64,000 nt of DNA from Podarcis bocagei (taxonomy: Eukaryota): assembly GCA_964188305.1 (NCBI GenBank), contig OZ076886.1; one strand, given 5' to 3'. Shown here in pieces: positions 30,636 to 41,624 of this stretch (position 1 is its first letter; every line of letters begins with the position of its first letter). Made by a program: the position numbers and the translations under genes. The notes beneath the pieces are model-generated. The model saw only the letters and a list, made by a program, of their open reading frames with translations, was not told where the DNA came from and ran no database searches.

Positions 30636-31381
30636 TTACAAATTCAATGCATCCAAGTTTATTTAAATTGAGAACAGAAGCAATACCTCTCAACTACAGC
30701 TATAATTTACCTTTACATCCATTAAATCAATGTTTGAATGCATTTCTTAGTGTATCACTATTATTACACTTCGATCAGGTGAAGATAATTCACAATGCAT
30801 TTCTTCTTCAGAGGAGGAACTCTCTCTTATCAAATCAGAATTTAAAAACCTTCACTACAAAAATAAATCACCATCTGGACTGCATTAAACTACTCATTAC
30901 AAAAATAGTGCCAGAGCCATTGGAGTGATTATGTTCACAACATCAATGCAGACTTAAAGGAAAAATGTAATAGGAAACAGATGCTTAAGGACTTTTACAG
31001 GAAAGAAACTTTAGTGCATTCACGTCTTTGTGCCTCCAGTAAAAACTGAGCAAAACAGCAGCGCAGCCTGCGAACTTTTAGCCAATGTCCTATCTGTGGA
31101 GCTACCATTAGGTTTCAGATAGTACATCTGAGAAGAAGCCTAATTACATCTACTCTACTCTGCAATGCCATCATACTTTGGACAGATTGAGATTTGGCTG
31201 ATCTAACTCATCCCAACCCAGTTACAAGAAAAGGCCTCTTGTTTGTTTTTTCACATCCTCTCGGCTGTGTTTACGAATGTTAAGATGTAGGACACAATGT
31301 GTTTCACAATGTCATTCACAGCCAAGATAAATTATTTTAACTAGGGACTCTCAGCTCATGCTCTTTGTCACAATGCTAAAC

Positions 31382-31611
31382 TTTTTTTGTTTATTTTGTT
31401 ATGATATTTATGCCCCACCTTTTATATTGTCCAAGGAGCCAAGGGTGGTGTACATGCTCCTCCTCATCCCAATTTGTTATCCTCTCAACCACCTTCTGAG
31501 GAAGGCTAGGCTGAGAGGGAGGGTGACTGGCTCAAGGTCACCCAATGAGCTTCATGGCTGAGTGGGAACTGAAACCCTGGTCCCCCAGGTTCTGGCTCCA
31601 CCATTCTAACC
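31382..31611 (-). mobile_element. Old CORE/MIR-like SINE
   Basis: GGCTAGGCTGAGAG..GTGACTGGCTCAAGGTCACCCA..GAGCTTCATGGCTGAGTGGG..GAAACCCTGG core and head in reverse orientation. Confidence 0.75.
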
Positions 31612-32370
31612 TGCATGTACTGTATACGCACACCTACAGGGTACTACTGATGCTCAACTTGTAGTAGTGATTTAAAGTTTACAATGCATCTATATTATAA
31701 TGAAAGCAAGATTGGAAGGCTAGTCATAAGCTAAATAAACGGAGTGACTATACGCTGCCACCTCTCTTCTTCTAGAGAATGAGGTAACAAATTGGTTATT
31801 TTTGTTGTAAGCTTCAGCTGTTACATGACTTGCTCATGGGAAAATTAACACTGAGCTCTTTTTTTAAAAAAAATGTATCATAGGCAAACATGGAACTTAA
31901 TCGGGAGGGAATTGCTTATTTATCCAAGGCATGTTTACACCAACACAACAGGGGATGGACTCATTTAGACTGCAATGCTACACCCAGTCACTGCAGAGTA
32001 AGCTCCATTCAACTCAGCTGGACTTCTAACTAGGCATGTATTGGATTGCACTGTTAGACCAGTAACTGGCACAGACACTGGTACTTATCTGAGAATATAC
32101 AAGGGCTGGAATATACTCAGACAATGATCTAAAATTTCATGCACCTGAATCAAGATTTGTTTTGGCCCAAGCGTTATGTATCTTTGTAATGCAAGTTTGG
32201 TTGCTCCCAGCGTAGGTCTGGGCATTGAAGACCAAGGTTAGTGGAGGGGGGATTCTCCCCTCCCCAAAGAGAAAAACTACTGCATTTCAACAGGTTTCTT
32301 AAGGGTAGATCTGCCTAGAAAAAATAGTTTAGCATTTAATTAAGGTTGTTTGGTTTAAATTTAAAATTTA

Positions 32371-32604
<234 letters not shown>

Positions 32605-32879
32605 TCAAAATATGCTTAATGCTGTTAACAGTTGAGATGGACGACATTATAAAAAAACAGTTGGAAAATATGGTATTAAAAACTAAAGAAATAGATACAA
32701 TTTACGTTAGGGCTAATGGATAAAGCACAGGGTTGACAAACTGCCACCTTTCAGGCAATTTTTGAGGGAATAAGTGATGCTCCATCTTCCACTGAGATCA
32801 GTATCTGAGGCAGCTAAATGGCCTGACAAAGTATACGTTAGTAATGCACAAAGATTTTTTTAAAAAACTTTGTGAAGTA

Positions 32880-33134
32880 CAGTGGTGCCTCGCAAGACGA
32901 AATTAATCCGTTCCGTGAGTCTCTTCGTCTTGCGAAGCACGGCTATTAGCGGCTATTAACGGCTTAGCGGCTTTAAGAAAAAGGAAACAAACTCGCAAGA
33001 ACTCGCAAGATGTTTCGTCTTGCGAAGCAAGCCCATAGGGAAATTTGTCTTGCGGAACGACTCAAAAAACAGAAAACTCTTTCGTCTCGCGCGTTTTTCG
33101 TCTTGCGAGGCATTCGTCTTGCGAGGTACCACTG
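32880..33134 (-). mobile_element. Tc1/mariner-pogo type MITE, family B
   Basis: TA|CAGTGGTGCCTCGCAAGACGAA...TTCGTCTTGCGAGGTACCACTG|TA; inverted relative to the 20946 copy. Confidence 0.9.
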
Positions 33135-33870
33135 TAGACATTTATCATTTTAACTAATCATCTGTGCAGAACAGATTTCTGCTCCCTCATCTAAACAAAA
33201 CTTATAGGATTGTTTTAGACTGAAGTGAGCAGTGTTGCCTTAGCTCTGGCTATTCTCAAACTTGAGGTGAAACAGTATTTCAGCTACAAGCACAGGACAC
33301 ACCACCAATTTTGCAGTTTTTTAGAAAGGTTTTTAAGTCTGAGTTGCCAGCTCAGACATGTCTGGGAGAATTCTTTTCCCACTGCTGTCCATGTTAACAC
33401 CTGTGTGTATCCATTAGCCCAATGAGGAGTCAAGTTGGTGAAAGATGAGATTTTGCTGCCATGTCTTGGATAGCAAAGGTGTGTGGCAGAGTGGAATTGT
33501 ATCTGTAATATAATTGCAAAATTAATATTAGCACCGCTAATAGGTCTGCTTTTTCCAGTCAATCTTGTTTGTAGAAAACGTATGAACCTAGGTTACCTAA
33601 CAGTAAGTGGCCTCCATTCAACTGCTTTGAAATACCAATACTTCACAGTACGATTGGTTTTGTTTGGTCCCAATTATATATATGTTAAAGATTTCTGCCT
33701 ACTGTTAGTTAATGTTTGTATAGTACCTTTTTGGAAGTGAATTATCTGAACAGAATTATCGCTTAGTTTCTTGACTGAACATTCTCTGCTTATCCAGCTA
33801 ACATCACTCACTCACTGGTTTCAGAGAAGCAAGTGCTTAACTCTCCTGTTGGAGTTAAACAAGTGAGCTT

Positions 33871-33958
33871 TATGCAGGATGAGTCTTTTAAAAGAGGCCC
33901 CATGGAACATGTGTACTCTGTATCCACGGGGCCTCTTTTAAAGGACTCACCCTGTATA
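33871..33958. repeat. 88-nt inverted repeat, probably a miniature mariner-type MITE
   Basis: 36-bp arms with a 16-nt spacer; right end reads TA|CAGGGTGAGTC on the minus strand. Confidence 0.75.
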
Positions 33959-35024
33959 TGCAGAAGAATGTAACGTAATTTCAATGTGCTTTTTCTAAAT
34001 GTTTAACTAAGACTACACCATTCTATCTATAGTAAGAGGAAGTGCAAGGCTGGTTGATATCCACGATAAAAAAAACCCTTTCATACAGGAAAGACACATA
34101 TTGTTGCCTTTTGCATCTTAACTCTACATGGCAGGTTCTTGCTAGTTCCTCCTTCCTAAGAGATTATCCAGCAAAATGCCTTTCAATGGGCACTGAAAAG
34201 CACAAAAACAAAACAAAAGACAGAAACCAAGTAATAGGGGCTCAAACAGCTAGTTCAGAGTCAATTCAAGTGAGCACACATCTGACAAGCAGAAAAGGTC
34301 GTAAATTGTTTGTAAACAATATGAACTGCAGAAATGAACTCTATGGAGTCTGCAGGAATACATCTAGTCAAGAACGGAGTTTATCTCAGTTTGGACAGTT
34401 ACAAAAAACTGAAATACACCAAGATAAATCATTTCATGGAATACTGATGCTACCTCCTGTTACAGTCCAAGCACACAAGCATAGTGTGCCTTTAGCTGTT
34501 CTCAGCAAGCAAAATCAAATTTCAGACTTCAATGAAGAGAGACATGCATTTGCAACCCCCCCAAGTGTCTGATCGATACAACAGGTTTAATCTGTTATTT
34601 TAGTCTCTATGAAGTCAGATCTTGAGGTTTGTACAATTGCTTGCCTATAACACAGAAATGAGGAACTGGTAGCCCTCCATATCTTGTGTACTCCCAAGTC
34701 CCATCAGCCCCAGCCAACATGGTCAGGGATGACAGGACTCTAGCAAACATGGAGTGTTACAGGATCCTAATCCCTGATAGAAACACTTCAAAATAGGTTT
34801 ACTAGTTATTCTTACTTATGGCCCTAAAATGCCTGGCACACTTGTCTTGGTGTCATGCATCAGTCCCATGTGAGGAAACAGACAAGAGGCATATGGAGAC
34901 CACCATCCTATTCTGCAATGTATCACAGAAGCTTGAAACCAAAGGCAAGATCTACATTGGCTTTCACACATAAATTCAGGGAAATCTTGGAAAAAGCATC
35001 CAAAATATTGTGAAGGTGTGGTAA

Positions 35025-35043
35025 CATGCAATATATTCATGCA
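35025..35043 (-). promoter_or_regulatory. Paired UGCAUG (RBFOX) intronic splicing enhancer
   Basis: Minus strand TGCATG-AATATAT-TGCATG, ~1.5 kb downstream of the B1 exon and ~110 nt downstream of the 18-nt exon. Confidence 0.7.
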
Positions 35044-35150
35044 AATCAACAGTGTAATGATAGGTAAGAGAGGCTTTGCTCTCAGCATCCCTGTGATTTG
35101 ACTCATTTTGAGAGCGGGGTGAGAAGCTAGAAGAGCTACATGCTACTCAC

Positions 35151-35168
35151 ATACAACAGGGATCCACT
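35151..35168 (-). CDS. MYH10: MYH10 alternative 18-nt microexon (SGSLLY), extends B1 to 16 aa
   Basis: ctgcag|AGTGGATCCCTGTTGTAT|gtgagt; phase 0/0; matches the 6-aa extension I recall from the 16-aa NMHC-IIB loop-1 insert. Confidence 0.88.
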
Positions 35169-35677
35169 CTGCAGTTCAAAATGACAATGAAACAGAATGT
35201 TAATGGTTATGAACTTATGAAACCTACAGAAACACACTGAGATTAAAAATACAAAATGGCTTTACTGGGTTCCTATAGGAGAGTTTACTCATCTTTTTAA
35301 TAGAGAAAATCTGTTATCAGACCCTTCTTCAACTTCACAGTATAAAATAAACCTGATGAATATGACACCAGGTAGCAAAAACTTTTGTTTAATCTGGCTG
35401 GATCATCAAGGAGATCCATCCATGTTTTGCTCTGCACTCGAAGAGTTATTGTCCACTTACCCTAGTCTATGGATAAGAAGTCATTCAAGTTCTCCTAATG
35501 ATTAAGCAGTGGCCCATAGGGGTTATAGAGGGAAGAGCTATAACAGAATCTGTTTGTACGCTTTTTCATAGAAAGTAAACAGCATTAGCCTTTCCCTTGC
35601 TAATACAACCAAAGTTGCTGAAGGTCACATATTGGACCAAATAGCTAACCAGTCAACCACATACCAAACCATAGGTG

Positions 35678-35878
35678 CCAGTTACAGATAGGTAGCCGTG
35701 TTGGTCTGCCATAGTCAAAATAAAAAAATTCCTTCCAGTAGCACCTTAAAGACCAACTAAGTTAGTTCTTGGTATGAGCTTCCGTGTGTATCTGAAGAAG
35801 TGTGCATGCACACGAAAGCTCATACCAAGAACTAACTTAGTTGGTCTTTAAGGTGCTACTGGAAGGGATTTTTTTATT
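35678..35878. mobile_element. Penelope-like element remnant (inverted pseudo-LTR pair)
   Basis: 70-bp inverted arms (35719-35788 / 35809-35878, 2 mismatches); 13-bp direct flank CAAACCATAGGTG (35665-35677 / 35879-35891); CTGAAGAAGTG..CACGAAAGCTCA..TTAGTTGGTCTTTAAGGTGCTAC signature of reptile Penelope ends. Confidence 0.85.
35788..35825 (+). ncRNA. Minimal type I hammerhead ribozyme motif (Penelope-associated)
   Basis: GUAU-CUGAAGA-A-GUGUGC(AU)GCACAC-GAA-AGCU-C-AUAC: core boxes, stem II, palindromic minimal stem III and 4-bp stem I. Confidence 0.65.
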
Positions 35879-36555
35879 CAAACCATAGGTGGTTCAACCT
35901 TCAGCAGTACTTAGGCTGCTCCTAAAATCCACATGCCAAGAGAGTCACGGCGAACTCCTACTCATTCAAAAAATCTTAGTTTCAACTTCAACACCTGTAC
36001 ATAGTGCAAGGCATCACTTCAAGACATTATACAGGAAGCAATAGGTCACTTATTTAATTAGGCAGGTGGCAGCTTGAGTAAAAAAAGAAGGGGGAGAAAG
36101 AAGAATCCAGAACAATCAGTCCTGGGATTCGCATGCCCTCTTTCCTCACTGGCCTCTAGAACTAAGAATCTATGCAGTCAGAGTTTACTGTACCAGCCCT
36201 GGGGTGACTGCAGTTCAGATTTATCATGAGCCGCAGGAAATCTCTAGGCATACCAGCACTAAAACACTCCTGCTTTCCCCATATAGTCAGCAAAATATGG
36301 AACAATAATGCCCAGCAATCTGGAAGAATCTGTGCCTGAATACTTTGTCAATTACACTGAGTGATATGCACGCTCAAAGGACAATTATATCGGTGTTTCT
36401 GTACATGTGCAATAATGAAGTTTACTCTTAGCTGCATGCCTGTACCAGAAATTACTTGTATCCTTATATTGGATGTTGACAGGTAGTCTCCTAAAAATGT
36501 AAAACAAGAATGATTAAGCCTATATAAAGTTTAGAAGCATAAAAAAGACACTTGC

Positions 36556-36585
36556 CTGGTGCTTCACTGGCTTAGGTGACTCGGG
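36556..36585 (-). CDS. MYH10: MYH10 alternative exon B1/N30 (PESPKPVKHQ), loop-1 insert
   Basis: aacag|CCCGAGTCACCTAAGCCAGTGAAGCACCAG|gcaagt; 30 nt, phase 0/0; matches the known B1 insert; GC donor. Confidence 0.93.
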
Positions 36586-39062
36586 CTGTTTGTTGTAAAC
36601 AAACAAATTCACATGTTAGCAAATCTGACCTTGCCTTCCCATCCATCACCAAGTTTTCACTCTCATTTACATGCTAGTATATTTTCTTTAGCCACTATGT
36701 TCATCGTGGCAACAGCTAAATTTTACTCAGGTAGAATTAAATGTGAACTTCTTCATTCAAGGAAAGCTGAAAATCTACAAGTACTTTTTAATCTTATTTC
36801 ATGACTCCAAGTCTGATACTGGCTTCTTTTAGAAAAGGTATAGATTAGTAATACAATAGACGCTGTATGCTCTCAAGACTTAATTAAATACAATGTTTCC
36901 AAAAGGTTCTGACCAAAAAAACCCCACCTAGATTTTTTCTTCTTCTGGATCACATAGAAGTCTCTAGGCAGTGTATTTAGTTTCCTTTGCCAGGATTCAA
37001 CAGGCCTGATGTGCATTCAGGGCCTCCAACATGCATACAGATGCATGCATGCAAGAGCTGCTCTTATCTTTTGTGAGATGATGTGTGCAATGTTTTGCAC
37101 ATGCAGGGGAATTCCTAACTCGGAAGAAAACACAACACCAACATGTAGAACTCCATATGTGAATCAGAACTCTATCACTCAAACTTGGGATACAGTAGCA
37201 CGCAAATTGCCAAAGTTTTGTGTCACACACAAAAATTTCAAAACCCAACAAACTGAGATGTAGTTTTCTTTATCCATAATGCCTTTTATCAAAATTGGAT
37301 TAGTCACACAAGGGATGCTAAATAAAACCTATTTATTAAAGATGCAATGTCAAATATTGGTTCATAGAAAGCAACACAGCTAAGACCAATGGTGAAACAT
37401 TCAATCCTGTGCTTCTGTGACATCAATTAGACAACTCAAGTACTCATTTATATTGCACTATACAATGAATATTGTGGGCAGATAAAGCCCATGTTCCAAA
37501 ACATGGTGCCTTCTCCACAGCTATAAGGCAACAGCAGTTTAAAGAAGAACACCGTGCTCTACAATTGTTTGTCAAAGCAAGAAAAAGTTTCGGAAGGCAA
37601 CAGTAGAGAGTTTTCAGGTGAAAGTTTCACAAACAGATGCTTAATTGTTGCAAGCTGCAGAATTAAAGGAGGGTAGCAACTAAATACCTTAATAGTTCTA
37701 AAGCTACAGAATGCGGTATGCCTTCAGAGGTGATTTAATGGTGTTCCATTTCTCACTTCACCATAAAGCAGGAAAAGTACATCTGCTCCGCATGTGCATA
37801 CATACAGTGTACACACAAACCTATACCACCAGAACTAGTGGAAACCAAGGTATGGACTGCCAGGGATAGAGGGTATGTTTTGTGCCCAACTACAACACCA
37901 TCCCAAATTCATTATTCTTCTGCCAACAAGGGTTAATCAACCATTCATTCACACATGAAAAGTGTATACTCATATATCATTTTGGTATGGGACTAAACCC
38001 CAGCAACAGAGGAAGGGACTGGTTTTATGTCCTATACTTCATCTTGCTGTAGATTTTGCTCCACAAAACTCATTGCTAGCCTTTGAGATCCAAGACAGTT
38101 CCATGAATAATCCTTCCTTGGATTCCATTTTTTGGGTATGCTCAAGTACTGGTCTTCAAGTGGCGGGCTGGGACCCACTAGTGTGTTGTGTCCTGATTCA
38201 ATGTGGGACTATTAAGATGCAAATATATGGCAAAATTTAAGAAATGGGTCCCCAAATGCATATTTGGGTTAAAAGTGGTTCCTGGAACTGAAAACTTAAA
38301 AGTTACCTGTGCTAGAGTTAACAGACTCCTAGGATTTATATCTATTAAATGCCCAACGACTTTAAATTTTTTAGTCCCCAGTTACAGGGCACATTATCTA
38401 GAGGAATAGCAGCCAGCCAACTGCACACTAAAAGGAATAGCATGATGTATCTGGTACAGGATCATTTGAGGGCCTCCTTACATCTCAAATATACAGCACA
38501 AAAATCCTTATGCTAACAGCAAGAACTTAAGGAGACATTGCAATATCCAAGAGAACACAAAAGCGGGGCAATGAATTTTCATTCAAGAACATGTTTTGCT
38601 TTGCTATAGAACTTAGCATATGGCACCACAAAAACTAATGCCAACGGTGTGTTGTACAATACATATTTCTATTTTAAGAATTCATTATATCAACACACAC
38701 ATACTGGATTTTACAGAAATGTTTCCAAAGACAACTGTAACAGCAAGAGGGTTGTTTTGTACACATAGCAATTTGAAATTTACCAAGCTGGCATCCAACT
38801 GTTTATGCTTCGTAACTTCTAATAGAGTGCAATTGTAACACAACTATTAGGTGGCTATTCCCTTAAACTAAAGAAAGCTCTTTGTTGAATGGATAATGAA
38901 GCAAACAGCAGTGCTTACAAACTGATTCCAACTTTAAGTGGCCTGTTTTTCAACACTTGTTTATCATGGACAGGGTCTCGGAAGCAGACTTCAAAGCAAG
39001 GTATTATCCGTTTTTACAGAATACAACAATTGCAAATTAAGGAAATACCATGTAAAACTTAC

Positions 39063-39165
39063 AGGAATATTGTGGTCCTTTCTTCCTTTATGAGAGGAAG
39101 CAACATGTGCAAGATACTGAATGACTTTCTTGGTGTTTTCTGTTTTCCCAGCACCCGATTCACCT
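39063..39165 (-). CDS. MYH10: MYH10 coding exon 4 (P-loop GESGAGKT...KDHNIP)
   Basis: 103 nt, cag/GTAAGT. Confidence 0.97.
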
Positions 39166-39575
39166 CTGCAAGAACACACATAATTTAAAGCTAGATTTGT
39201 GGAAGAGAAACAACAATCAGGCTTTCACCACAACTTAATGTCTAGGATAATTTTATTAATGCCAGGTTTGGACAACTGCAAGGTACTTTCTGGTTCCCGA
39301 GATATGAGAAGATGCTGAATTGAGTTGTTCAGTAGTGAGTTTTATGTAAAACCACTGTTGTACAGCAGATACACTTGGTTCTGAGAGCACTTCTCACTGA
39401 AGGAACTCTCCCTGTCAATGAGGCAGCTTGCTGTTCCAACTGAAAATACACTAAAGGTATTTCAGTAAGAACTTGGATGGTGGGTTTTAAATAATGAAAA
39501 CCAGACATTCTGAGCTAACTTCTAAAAGCACTCTTCAGTCACCCAATGGTAAAGAACGAAAACTCTAGTGAGTTT

Positions 39576-39712
39576 GGGATAGTTCAGTCAGTAGAGCATG
39601 AGACTCGATCTCAGGGTTGTGGGTTCAAGCTCCACCTTGGGCAAAACACTTCTGCATTGCAGGAGGTTGGACTAGATGACCCTCATGGTCCCTTCCAATT
39701 CTACAATTCTAT
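39576..39712 (+). mobile_element. tRNA-Lys-derived SINE with CR1 3' tail (Squam2 / tortoise PolIII-SINE-like)
   Basis: Head resembles tRNA-Lys(CUU) (TAGTTCAGTCAGTAGAGCATGAGACTC..ATCTCAGGGTTGTGGGTTCAAGC); tail GGTTGGACTAGATGACC..GGTCCCTTCCAA..ATTCTAT. Confidence 0.85.
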
Positions 39713-40831
39713 CTGAAGTCACCTCCGCCACTCAGGAAATACCATTTGAGTCTCCCTCACCACTCAACTTAGGATGCTGTGATCCAAGAGTCCTGTCCTG
39801 CCCCATTAAGATTGAAAACTGAAGCAGAGCAAGAATCAAAACATTCAAGTTTGTCACTCCTGTTTCAATTGTTTAGGAAAAATGAAAGATGAGATACATA
39901 CAAGCTGAGAATCAAAAAAGGAATCTCCTGGAACAATATATAAATTTGCACAACCATTCTCAAGTTGCCCGATATAAGATTTCTTCAAACATGAATATGC
40001 GTTGCTGCATATGAAGTAGTCACTTGAGAAAGAGCCCCAAGTTTCCTTATGCTTTGTGGAGTAACAGAATTTAAAAGATCTGGCTAAAGGGTGGTGAATG
40101 CTTCATGTACAATATCCAAATTACTGCTATTTTATAATCAATTTCATATGGTCCATCTAGCTTGCACATATATGAAAAGAAAAAAAGCATAACTTTAAGC
40201 AGGTATTCAACGTGTCAAGCGTAGGTTCTATTCTCTTTATAAGCAGTGGCTGCAAAGCTGAAATTGAAGTTAATTCTCCGCCCTCCCCCCCCAAATAGTG
40301 TATTGTTGCCAGATGGTGAACTATACAAGATTTCCTGGAATAGGAATACTTGATGAAAGAGGACACACACACTCCTGGCCTTTAGAACACTTTTGGATCA
40401 TTCCATGACTGATGTTGGATTTTCACATTTCACTGCCAAATAGACTTGTTATATACTGGAGACATATGTTCACCGATATTAACTTATTAGTTACGTATGG
40501 GGTTCCCACTGACTAACCCAAAACTTTTACATTTTTCACTGGTTTTATTATGTGACAAATGATCCTCAGAAGACAGACTGAAGACCTCATTAGTCCTCTC
40601 ATCTCCCCCTGTATCTTCAGTGCCTTTGCCTCTTGACTTCCGTATTCCTTATGAATCTGTGAATTATGAATGAAAGATGTTTGAGGTAAAAGATAGTGAC
40701 TGCCTTGGCGACCATGGGAATGGCGCAGATAGTGTGAAGTGGGGTTACTGCCCTTCACTAAACCCCTAAATAGCTGGAAGTCATTCTTCCAGATCTCACA
40801 TGAATGATATGCTTAGATTTATAGCCTAATC

Positions 40832-41221
40832 CAGGCATAGGCAAGCTTCGGGCCTCCAGATGTTTTGGCCTACAACTCTCATGATCCCTAGCTAACAGAA
40901 CCAGTGGTCAGGGATGATGGGAATTGAGAGCCAGTGTGGTGTAGTTGTTAAGAGCGGTAGTCTCGTAATCTGGGGAACCGGGTTCGCGTCTCCGCTCCTC
41001 CACATGCAGCTGCTGGGTGACCTTGGGCTAGTCACACTTCTCTGAAGTCTCTCAGCCCCACTCACCTCACAGTGTGTTTGTTGTGGGGGAGGAAGGGAAA
41101 GGAGAATGTTAGCCGCTTTGAGACTCCTTGAAGGGAGTGAAAGGCGGGATATCAAATCCAAACTCCTCCTCTTCTTCTTCTAGTCCAAAACATATGGAGG
41201 GCCGAAGTTTGCCTATGCCTG
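40832..41221. mobile_element. hAT MITE interrupted by a SINE
   Basis: TIR CAGGCATAGGCAA...TTGCCTATGCCTG; 8-bp TSD GCCTAATC; same family as 58457 and 43586. Confidence 0.92.
40927..41180 (+). mobile_element. Full-length Squam3-like SINE nested in the MITE
   Basis: tRNA-like head, CORE-like GGGTGACCTTGGGCTAGTCAC, L2-like tail and (CTT)n end. Confidence 0.88.
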
Positions 41222-41596
41222 GCCTAATCCATCCTAAAGCCATGGTAACAAGTGGCAGCAAGAGTTGGCTCGCAACAGGAGCTAGAATAACAGTTGTGAG
41301 AGCAAGCAGTGAACTGCGAAGTTCCCAGTTCCAAGCTCACCTCCATGAAGGCACTGGACACACTAGATCCAGTTCCTACTAAGGCAGGAATGCCACAGCC
41401 GGCCTCCTGCAATGGAACTGCAGTACATAGTTTGGTAATAATGATCTCTGCCACCTGTGAGATCGTTCAGTGAATAAAGTTAAATGTTAACTCTTGTGTA
41501 ACTCATCTTAGGAGCCCCTGTTCCCAGTGAATCTGACAAATAGTAGTCATCACACTATCACAGAACAAAGCTAAGCTCCAAAATGCATTTACTTAC

Positions 41597-41624
41597 GTGC
41601 AAAGAATTGATTGGTCCTCACGAT
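41597..41624 (-). CDS. MYH10: MYH10 coding exon 3 (DREDQSILCT)
   Basis: 28 nt, cag/GTAAGT, phases fit both neighbours. Confidence 0.95.

Noticed and set aside
34042-34572. 176-aa plus-strand ORF (likewise the 160-aa ORF at 42292-42774)
   Set aside because: No domain-like features or homology I can recognise; consistent with chance intronic ORFs.
39576-39645. tRNA-Lys gene
   Set aside because: Anticodon loop and acceptor stem are damaged, and the sequence runs into a CR1 tail; it is a SINE head.
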